NCBI GenBank assembly: GCA_002633005.1
Contig: NMRA01000178.1
Coordinates: 131,395 to 195,394 of the forward strand
Reading direction: 5' to 3'
Origin: Phoronis australis
Lineage: Eukaryota; Animalia; Phoronida
DNA length: 64,000 nt
The stretch's first letter is position 1, and each line of letters begins with the position of its first letter. Positions 12,039 to 24,000 of the stretch are shown one piece after another. Position numbers and translations under genes: made by a program. The notes under the pieces were generated by a model. The model was given only the letters and a program-made list of their open reading frames with translations, had not been told where the DNA came from and ran no database searches.

Positions 12039-15000
12039 TCATTCCAAGTAGATGTCTTCTGTTGGATGCTGGAAGGCCAAGTACTCGGCATAAAAACGCT
12101 GGAATGCATATCTGCAATAAAAGAGGAGACCAAAGTCTTGAAACTGGCAAGTGGAAAAAAAACTACTGACCGCTGACACCAAGCATACATTAGTAAAAAA
12201 TAACGTATAACGTCACTAATAAAGTGTATAATGTCATTAATATAACGAGGGAGGGTGACGCTGCGCTGCATTAAGATCAATTCAAAACACACCAATACCC
12301 ATTTGCTAACAAAAGATCAACTTCCAGTTCTCTGGTAGTAGAAAAATGCATTGCCTCATTGACCTAGTTTGTGAAAGGTAGGACCTTTAATGGACTTAGA
12401 AGCTAAATCGGACAAGTGAAAATGATTTCTTGTCAGCACAGCAACTATGCAATGGTAAAATTAACTGGCATTACCATGATGAATGGTGAACTACTTTAGA
12501 TGTAGAACTGTGATCAGCAGGACAGCAAAGAGTAGAGTCCCCTAGCAACGCACACCATTGTGGGTAAATACCCCCAAAAGAGAGAGCACTGCCATCTTCT
12601 AGGGAGTAATTATGTAATTCTGCACTGATTTCACACAAAAATAATTGCCATAACTTGCCAAAATTGTCATTTTTCTACTTCTCAAAGGCTGATCACTTTA
12701 CACCACAAATACTGGAAAACTAGCCGAAAGTAATACCATGCTAGAAATGGATCATAGAAATTTATGAATTTTTGTTTTTGTGGAGAAGTTTGACAAAATA
12801 GAGTTTCACTTGTCACCCATATTATGAGTTAAATATGCGAAAAATTACCCTGCTCAAAGGGGACATATACTTTTACTGCTTGCCAGACAAAATCAACTTA
12901 TCGCTGCATACGTGCACCCAGGGGGGGCTTGGGAGGAGCTCAGACAAACCCCTCTCATTTGGCGAAGTGAGCAAAAGGATCTGCCTCAGAGAATCAAAAA
13001 CACCGAAAAAAGTAGAAAACGAGACAAAAGTCCACAATCAAGATAGGCAAATGCACAATTCATAGCTGAGCGTACCCCGTGAATATTAGTGAAAGGTCCA
13101 CATTCTCAAAAATTTGAGCCCCCCCATTTTTTATACTGGTTGTGTGCATGCTCTGTGAGATACTTAAAGGAGAATCTGCTATTTTTTCTCAAAATGAGTT
13201 GTTTTAGAAGACTAAACAGTTAATCTACCAAATGTTCCTCATTGTCTTCTCAGTATTATTTGAAAAATATTGCTGGCTGATATCCACACTGCATTTTACA
13301 GCTGGACCATTTAATGGACATTTCTTGACCTCTTGACCACGAGGTCACTAACTCACCCTACTGCCTCTCCAACGTTTTTTGTCGACTGTTCGCCAAGAAA
13401 CACATGAGCAGCAAAACGCATTTCAGTCGGGTGCTTAGTGATGAAACCAAAATATCTGAAATAATAGTGATGAAACCAAAATATCTGAAATAACATTAGT
13501 TAATCAATAAAACATTTTTTTTCAAAATCGCAACTCTAAATGGAGCATATTTTGTTACAAAAATGATAAAGTGATAATAAAAATCCCAAAGGCTGGTAAA
13601 GGGGTGCAAAAAACTGATTGCTGAATCATCTATGAAATTTCAATGTTGACGTCTGCTTAAATGAGTTAACCAGGACAACACAACCCGGTGATTCATACTG
13701 CAATCAATCTAACCCAGTGAATACATTTACAAGTTGTATAAAGCCCACTTTTGCTATACTTACGTCTGCCGAATTGCATAAAGTGACAAAAAATCAACTA
13801 TGAACAAAACTCCCATATCATTTCTGTCACGACTCAATAAGCCTATCACTTCTATAGTTTACTTACTTTGGATTTTTAGGGTGTGAGCCGCAGAAAGACA
13901 CATTTTTCAATGAGAAAAAGTGATTACAACAAGTTTGTCCATTCTGAAAACATGAAAGTATAAAACACTCAGTTTAAAATTTAAGAAATAAAGTAAACAC
14001 ATAGATAATAAGGTTGTGAAATATGTCAAATAAACACAGAAAATTCAGGAACCCCAACTGGGAATCGAATCACGGGCCTCTAGATTGCCAGTCTAGTGTC
14101 CTTACCACTGAGCTACTGAGGACACAATATCTGTGCAATTATAACTGTAATTGTACAGATATCGCACAGATATTGGGTCCTCAGTAGCTCAGTGGTACAA
14201 GCACTAGACCGGCAATCTAGAGACCTGTGATTTGATTCCCAATTGGGGATCCTGAAAAATAAAGAAGATTAACCAGAATAAACATGAATGTTACCAGGAC
14301 AACTTTTCAAGATCATCAATTTCAGTTTAGCACAGAGTGAATTATCTCATTCAGTTCACAACAAGTAATCCAGCCTTACACTTATAAGTTTTATTTTTAC
14401 TGAGAAATTTTACATTTCCACTTTTGACTATGTCACGTCCTTAACTGGACAGCTTTCACTTTTGGCCATGTCGCGTGTAAAACTCAACAAAATAGCAAAG
14501 CCTCATATTCGCTTTGGCCGGTGAAAATCTTTGTGTTTCATGACTGCAGGTGAAATTGGTCACATACAAAAACAGAGAGTGGCTACATACCTTTGTTAAA
14601 GCTAGGATCTTCCTCAGCCTTTGAGCAATTTTGCCAGTCTTAGCAGTGTCACTCTCAGATTTGACTTTCTACAATTATATTGCATGGTTCATTACATGCA
14701 AGCTTACTTTCAAAGTATATCATAACTATTTATTAACAACTGGATTGAAACAGCACGGCAAACGTCTTTGGTGCCTGGTTAAAGACGAAGGCAACCTTTT
14801 TTCGTGTCATTTTTAGTAAAAGTACGGTTCGTTGATTATCCAAGGCATATGCTTCAGACAAGAACAGCTCTTCGTAATTTTACTAATTAGTCATGTACTA
14901 CTCCAGAAGTGACATTTAGGGGGTTAAGAATTTTCCACTATTTCGTTTCTAGTGCGTTCAAGTTACTGTGAGCATCTGTTCTACTGTTGTTTTTGCGCTG

Positions 15001-18000
15001 GTCTCCTAAAATTGTTGTCAGCACTTCCCATCGACGAATATTCTACGACAAGCTAGGTTGTTAGAGAACTCAATGAATTACGTTGGATTTAGGAATTTTT
15101 TACTTTGTAGTAGCAGTGGTTGGATATATGTTTGAGTCCGAGTATAGTGAGGCAGAATACAGACAGCTGTTGAGAGGGATTACGCAAAGACTGAGAACAG
15201 ACGTGGTGGGACGTCTTGGTGCAAATGCAAGGTGTGCACTGTTATACACATTGAAAAATAAACTTGCACTGAAGTTTGAGCTGAAAAACGCTTTGTAACT
15301 ATTACTGAAGAATTGTCCATCAACTTTTAAAATTTAACATACAATATATTAGCATTCAGAGCTACATGCAAAATGTAAGCCCGGCTATGATCTGCCCAGT
15401 ACGGGAAGATGGCACAGTGCTGCTACCTACTGGCACTTTGGTCCTGTCTATCATCTTGATGCCGAGTTCATTCACTTCAACAGTACAGAGCGGTGCTGGC
15501 GCCGTGTTCAGTGTCATGCGCCGTGTCAACACCACTTTGTTCATGGCCTGCACCAACACATCAGTGCCTCTGTGTTGACTCACTTCTATAGAGCCAAGAA
15601 ACCTCAGCACAAAGATGGCAGGCTTCAGTTTACCCCCATCTAATGGAATCAAATAAAAAACACAAAGTCAGTTATTATGTTTTTACATTTTCCAGTGCGT
15701 TTGCCCACTCTAATTAAAACTCCAATTGAAAACCTGTCATAGGCAAAGCTAATTCTTCTGACATCAAAGTGCCTCCTGTTGTCAATTATTGACCACACAA
15801 GAAACTAGGTAAATGGAATTTACAGGCACTTCACTTCAAAAATGTACTTGAAACACAATTAAAGGGGTAAAAAGGTGCCTCTTGTCAAAAGCCAACTTTT
15901 GGTTTAGACTGCTTACAGTTATACACAATCAGTCTCATCTCGGTCCTTACTCAAATTAGAAAACATGACTTCTACCATGTTTTTTCCTCCTTAAGGGAGG
16001 GACTATTCTCGATGGTGCAGGGGAACAGCCCTCATTGTGCACCAAGTGAGCAACACGATGACCATCTATGAGGCAATTAGCAAATTACCTTCAACAATAG
16101 CGTCTTCGTGTAGAATTTTCAAATCCGTAGCATAGACTGCAGGAAATATCCCATGCTGCCCTGTTCTGAGATTCATGCCTAAGGAAAAAAAGAGCTCATT
16201 TGTAAGTTTTCAATAATTCAAGGGAGATGGAATGTCCAGTCTCCAATGTGTGTTCCCTCACAGCTCAAAGAACAGAATTGGTATGCTCACAAGTTAAAAG
16301 AATCCATAAATATCAGCACGGAGCGCTCCCTCTTGAACCGGGACCGCGGTCTACATCTGCCTCCCCTGTATTCCAACATACTCATTCATCGAAAAAGGCC
16401 TGGCGGACCAGGCCAAAACGTCTGCATCTAACCTGAATCGTCTCTAAGTAAGTGATTATTTCCTATTCCAATCTCACTACTAAACGTGGGCATTGTAAAC
16501 AGTCCTGAAATAAACTGCTCACCCTCACACCAGAGGTCGTCACCTTCCACGTCAACAAAAATTGGATCCCCAATCTCTATGGCAACCTCATCCTCATGGC
16601 GAGGAATAAAGCGATGAGCACCTCGATGGGTTGGACACAGGTTAACATCCTCGTTTATAGTGTTGGAGCTTGATGACTCTGTGAGGTATCCTGATAAAGG
16701 TAGACAATGTTAGAGTGACTTGATGACTCTGTGAGGTATCCTGATAAAGGTAGACAATGTTAGAGTGACTTGATGACTCTGTGAGGTATCCTGATAAAGG
16801 TAGACAATGTTAGAGTGACTTGATGACTCTGTGAGGTATCCTGATAAAGGTAGGCAATGTTAGAGTGACTTGTCAAATATTATGATCTACGGCATTTTGT
16901 CTTGGGCTTCTTCAATAATTTTCAATGTCCAAACAGTTAAATTTTAAAGCAGAGTACTTACCCCTATAGGACTGGACTGCCTCTGCTCTAACCGTGTTCA
17001 GGTAAGAAATGATTTCTAGGCTTGGTAACAACTGACGAAACCATGTTGCTGATGACTGGATGCACTTAATAAGTGGACACTTACAGGTTGCCATAATTTT
17101 ATGTGCCACACGCAATAATGACTGCCAATCAATCTGATTTATGTCATTGACTTAAGGTTGTCATGTGACAAAGGCAATTTGTTGTCCACCAATGGGAATG
17201 GGCTAGTTCTGGAGTTACTAAAGTTAAAGCTGGGATTTAAATTGTTATTCAAGCTGTACTGAACACATGGCTATAATTAGAGATAAAAGAGAAACATTGA
17301 ACTATAATCTAACTGTGACTGCAAATCATTGAGAGGTTAATATGTTACATAATGGATGACACATGAAACCTTTCACAAATAAGCTTGTGAAGTAATAGAT
17401 TAGTAAACTGACTTTTATCTTTAGATTCCAAATACAAAAAGCTTCTTTGTCATGACTATAATTATTGCAGCAAAAATATTTCATTCCATAATATCACATC
17501 ACCATTGCCATAATGCCGAATGACAAACACGTAACATCACATAATGAAGGCCTTACCGACCCATGATCAAGGCCATAATGTCACATATCACACCATATTG
17601 TCACATGATTAAGCAATCTGACAAGTAAACTGACCACTCGTGCGCACACTGTCTCTCGTATCAACACGCTTCATTGGCTGTTCTTGTGGCGAGGAGTCCT
17701 GTTGTAGATACGGATTATTAGAACTGAGGAATGCCGGGTGTGACCTAGAGGTGGCGTTGAAGTTCATTTGACTCCCATAAAGAGTGTCTGACAGATGCCG
17801 GTCGATGACATCAGGAGTCTGTAAATAATTAAGGGCAATAACATTTAACTTAATTTCACTTTCTTTTGTTTTAGGGATTTCAACCAATCCTCATTCTGTC
17901 ACTTGCTAATGCACCATTGATATCCCACATGAGGGATTAAATTAGATTTCAAATAACAATTCATATTTCTTTGTCACAAATATGATATTACAATTCTTGG

Positions 18001-21000
18001 TCTTGGTCTTTCCCTACAGTTGTCATGTAACTTGCCTAAAGCGTAGATCAAGCTTGCCCGTTTAGTAGACATAAGACTTTCAAAGAATTTTCAAATTTTG
18101 CACAGAATATTTGAGGATTGTTGAGGGTTAGAGAACATTATTTTGTTTTAGAGAACTAAGTAGGAAGTCATTTTTAATATCTGTTAATAGGCAAAAACTG
18201 GGTTTGGTACACTTTTAAGGAAGAATCAATAATGCGCTTCAAAACTCAAGATCAGTTGCTACAAAATGCAAACTATGCAGAATGCAGTGATGCAAAACAC
18301 TTAGTCTAGTGCTTGTAGAATGTATCAAAGGGGAACACAAATATTTTTTGATGTCATCTTCAGTAAAAATACACATCCTTGGTCATTACGTGGATACGTT
18401 TTTTCCAAGTTAATTAAATGATCCCCTGGAGTGTATTCATTATGCGTGGAACAATACAATGTGAGGTCAAAGGTCAACAGTCCAACAAAAGGTCCGCATT
18501 CACTTCCATGATATCATTCTGATTGTCATTGTCTTCAACCAAAATGGGAATAGTGCGCCAGCAGAACAAGCAGCGTGCAAACTGAATACACCTTTCAAGT
18601 AAATGCTGGACCAAGTTTTACACATATAGTGATAATCTTGGACTAAAAGTAGCATTTTACATGTTTAACTAGCTAAAAAAAAAACGGAAAACAAATTAGA
18701 CTTTCCGAATATTTCTTACTATGATAGGATTCTGTTTCCGTTGGTAACAAAAATAAAATCTTATCATTGTAAGGAATATCACGAGACCAATTTTACGAGA
18801 GAGTTTACGAAATGAATTCATCAACAGGAGAGAATCAACTATAACTGTTGTCATAGTTACAGTTCTATTAAGCACAAAGTGCTTAAAATAAGTCCTTCAT
18901 CACACGACAGGTGTGAATATCCCTCTCTCACCTGCTCATCACTGTCAAGCTCGTCCAGGTGTTCAAACAGACTTCCAACACTAAGACCAGACTTTTCAAC
19001 CTGCTGAGATGATCCTGGTACAGTTTCAGGCGATGGTGATTTACTTGGACAGTTATTGCGAGAATAGCACCCATTGAGTTCTTCAGCTAAAGACAGCCCA
19101 TGTATATTTCCTGCAGAATTTTAAAATCAAAAATAACTCAAAATGTTATGGACTGAATCAATTATCCATGGTCGTGAGCACTTCTTTCTGTTAATGTATA
19201 ATTGTTTCAATTTTACAAAAAAATGTATGCATATATCGTCTATTGTGAGAGGGGAAAGAAACTGGGTTTTACTTGAAAAGAAAGACATAATTTTACACAG
19301 CAATATGCCACATTTAAGGCCATGAGATGGGGATGATTAGACTTCCTATGAAGTCATGAACTCTTATTCATGTGGCGCCTCACAGAGACAAAATATGACG
19401 TTAACAGAACTAAGCAAGATCTGGCGAGATTTCTGTCACGTCCCAGAAAAAGTTGGCATAGCAAACTGGATTTTAGCTTTGCAGTGTGGTAAATAAGGAG
19501 AGAAGTCCTGAAAATAAACAGAAATTTACAAGGAAAACTTGTATTGTTTTTGCATTTTCCTAAAGTTATGAAAAGTGGGCATGTTGCCCCAGTGATGGCC
19601 TGCTTTAGAAAGAGACATCTCTATATGAAATACATTATGTACCACTCTTGTTACAATATTCATAACCACCACGATAACACTGCATCCAAGTGCTGGGGTC
19701 ACAAGTCAGGTCATTGACTTTCAATCAAAGAGTGGGAAGTAATTAAGTGCTTTATGTGCATAGTGCTCAGCACCATAATGCGTACATACAAGTGTTGGCT
19801 CATGCATATGACAGAATGTCACTTCATGTTGGAGCTCATGACAACATCAACAAAAAGGACAATGGCTTGAAACCACTCAAACTGCAAGATATATAATGCC
19901 TTTTAATTATCAAGCTAAAATTTACCTTTTCTTGGTAACGGCAAAGTAGGCAACTTTCTGTTAACACTTCTTTTCCTGCGTTTCACGGCTGAAGGGGGCT
20001 CACTTGAGCAGGTCTGAAACAATGCCACAACTTTATAATATTAGTGAATTGTATAACCACGGCTAGACAATATGAAAATGAGCAGCTGTTCAGTTGTCAG
20101 CTCCTCAAACCCTCCGTCGTCACTCACAGCCAGGTGGCACTACAATCCAACATGATCAACCTCAAATTCTAGCATAGTTTATACTGTCATCATCCAATTG
20201 GGGAAATCCTGAACATTTTAGCAATATAGAAAGCCTTTGAAAATCAATATTAATGAAGAACAAATGCTGCAGTCATTGTTACCACAATGGGTAAAATTTG
20301 CAGTAAAAAATTCACTTAGAATACTAAAAAAACTTCATTCAGTCAAAGACACTATGGTTTATTTAAACCACTTACTGATTTGAAACTGGTCTTAACAATG
20401 CTCCTTACCCAAATAACAGGTGATTTTTGGTCTAGCAAAGAATCGACAGTTTCTTATCCCTTACGACTGTGCTTGCTCGGTGAATAAAATGACTTGCTGT
20501 GGCAAGTCAACTGAAGAGCTAAGTCACAGGCATTAACAAGCTGTCAATTTTTTCAAGCCTTAAAATCGCACTTATTTTGTCTTAGAGAAAATTTGAGACC
20601 ACTTTTATCAATGCGAAATTGTAACAAAAGTTTTATGATCGCTTTATTAATAAAGATGCTGCAAAGGTCTTAAACATAACAGGATAAGACATCAAATTGA
20701 CAACACTGACACAAATGCGATTAAGAAATATCTCAGAATACACGCCTAACTTATCGGGTTCTTTGTGACCATCTGTGCACAATGCAACACAAAAACATTA
20801 CTGATCACACTCAGATGAAACTGATAGTCATATAAGTGAGAAATTGCTCACAAAGTTGTTTATAACTAAGAGTGGAACTTGCTTCAAATGTGTTAGGTAA
20901 CATTCTTGGCAGTAATAAACTCTCATTGTAAAAATATATTTCTAAAAACATTTGTTTACGAAAATTAGATAAATCTACCGATTCCCTGCACAGGAGTAAC

Positions 21001-24000
21001 TCCAGTAACCTCGACTTTGTCATTTTCCTAATACATCGACTATCAAACCAAGACATAGTGCAATACGCTGCCGTCATGGGATTATCCCAAAGAACAACTT
21101 CTAAAATAATGTTCAAGTAAACTCCATAAACGTAAGCTCTTCACAGAAGCTGGCCAGAATTGCAGAGATGGTGAAACACCATCATCTAAAGCGAGTTGAT
21201 TTTCGTAGCGTAAATATGGAGACGACTCTACGGACGATACTACAGCCAACTGAGAGAATTGATGGCTTCAAAATATCAAATTAATTCAAAATTTTACCAT
21301 AAACAGGGTACAAGTCGCCAAACACTAGTTCTCATTTAAAACTAACATATTTGATTCTTGGAAGGTAATGTATAGTTTCCAGCTTCAGTTCTTATTGTGG
21401 GCATAAAAACCTGTTTATCATATCACTTCCGTTGCCATTTATATCTAATACACAAACCTTAAGTGAAAATCAATACAGCAGTGGGAAGAAAACCTCCCCA
21501 GCAGTCTGAAGTAAGCTTTCCTTCATAATGTACACACATAATAACATGAAGATCCCACCTACCTCAGAGTTGTATATTCCCTCCATGTGGTCACACACAC
21601 TGGCACACACAGGCTCACTAGCTACACAAGACGACTCTCTCATATCATCGCCAGACGACAGGCTGTCTGAAGCAGGCACTGCTAAGCCGTGATGTAAATG
21701 GCCAAATTTATCCAGGCGCGGGTAAAACTTTTCACTTGAAGAGGTCTCTTGTGACAGGGGTACATCTAGAGATACGTCGTGCGTTAGCCTACAACAGATC
21801 TCATTCCTTTAGAGACACGTTGTGTGTTACCCTACAACAGTTGACACTATCAGTATGATATATGGCACAGTTATACATACACTCCACAGCTAATAACTAT
21901 GTCTAGCAGTATGAGCTGATCATATGAGGTCGACCTATCATCAGAGCTAAAAGTAAACCAATACTAATTCATTAGCATAATTTATTGATACAACAGTTTT
22001 GGAACTGAAGAACACAGGGTAACCATTGATGAGAAAATAAATTGTATTTCAGACAAAAAAATTAGTATAGATGCACTTGAGATCTACAAACTATTTACAG
22101 TAAAAATTTACTTGAACAAGAAAATATTATCTGTAGTCATTAGAGTTAGGAGCAGCATCAGGAATTTCCAAACAAATTTGGTCATTCAATATTAGAAACG
22201 GAATTTGATGTAACTTTAGCCTAGATGTATTCACAATGACACTGACATCATATTTTTGTCTAAATTAGAGAAAACAAAATTTCACATTTTCTTGACAGGT
22301 TTCAGCAGAATAGGATATTATTTGTTAAAAATAAACTCACATTTTTGTTTTCAACTTTGCAATGTTCAAAAGCACAACATACAGAAGTCGATAAACCTCA
22401 ATATTAAGCAAAATTCAACTGTACATAAATAATGTATTAACCAAACATTAATTTGTGTTTAAAACACCACAACACTATGCTTTTCTGTCCCTTTTTCATG
22501 AAAATTTGAAAATTTTTAAATTACAGACTGAGGGCTTAATTCGTCTATCTACAGTAACTTACAGTAGTTTTTAAAAAGTTGACGAATTTGTTGAGTTCTC
22601 TTAGCCTTTAGAGAAATTATGGCAAAATCACTGAAGGAAGCCACAAAAATAACGCATCATTTTAAAAATTGGTTTACTTAAATTTTGCTAAAAATATGGC
22701 AGATTTTACAAAAGAAGAAATTTCATCAACTTGAACGATATTAATGTTACAAGCCCAAGAAATTTATCAATTAATTAAACATAATATAGGGCCAAAAGAG
22801 TCACCAGGGAGTATAATAATAACACTCACAGTCATTAGTTATAAGAGCCTCAATAAGTAAGCTGGTACGTGAAATGCATTTTGACATTTGACCATATTTT
22901 GATGCATTTCATGCTGTGGTTTGCCATGTTTTTTTACAAAATTGCTATGGTTAGAGCAAAACATGGTTGACACATCTGAGTGAGTCACCCGTGACGTATG
23001 CAAGCACAAAAGTTCTGTGTGTGTGTACGTTTGTACAGATTGATGTGCTTCATCTCACTGTAGATCAATAACTACAAGTTATCTGTTCAATGTTAATTGA
23101 GACAGGGTGGAAATATATATAAGATGTACTGAGCTAATACACAGCAACTGCTCCATGGACTGTGTTCAAACAGCCCAAGGCAGCAGTTTGACAAAAACAA
23201 GTGAAAATGAGAAAGACTCTGGTTTGTGATTTAGTTTTCTAATATTTGTAAAAACGGGTTTACAGAAAATCAAAATTACAAAAAATGGTTCAAGTCACAA
23301 TGTGTTACAACAAGGATGTCGGTTTTGTTCTTTTTTCCATCATGTGAAATTTATTTGTGTTTATTTCGAAAAAAGACATTGCTAGTAAAAGCCAAAGCAA
23401 AGGCCTGAACACTTTGAACATCTGTTAATATATAATGTGTATTAATTACTGAAAATATGTAGCATTTCGGCGTTACACCCTAGTACTACAGAAACGGCAA
23501 AAATACATAGCAAATACGTTGGTTTATATGTATGCTCACTGGTAAAAATTATTACGAAGACTCTGTGTTGTTTTACAACAAATAACGTAAAATTTCACAT
23601 ACCATTACGTTTCTAAGTAAAACATAGGCAGATTTAGGGGGGCCCAGAGGGCCCCCACCAGGCTGCCGCAAGCGAAATGGAACAGCAACAGCAAGAAGCA
23701 TGAGGAAAANGGTGGCGGCAAAGTCACGCTCCCTTTTTTTACGGAGAAGAAGGTACATACCCGGGGCCCCTGCAACTTTTAGGGGCGCCAGTACACATAA
23801 GACCGCACTTTGCCCAATTCCCCGAGGCAGCATGTTGGACCCCCTTATGGTATCTTAGATCCGTCACTGTAAAACCCTGCACATGTTTATTCATGTCAAC
23901 CATGCCAGTGTTTATAAGAGACAATAATTAATTACTAGACCAATGGATGTGCAGGTTCTCCAGTGTCTCGCATTGTGGCAAATTATATGCTAGATGGATT

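Noticed and set aside
14176-14252. Functional tRNA gene
   Set aside because: T-stem does not pair, the B-box is degenerate, and the unit is part of a palindrome.
15362-15430. Alternative JIP1 C-terminus by donor read-through
   Set aside because: A good donor and conserved downstream PTB exons explain the region. There is no evidence for use of the read-through.
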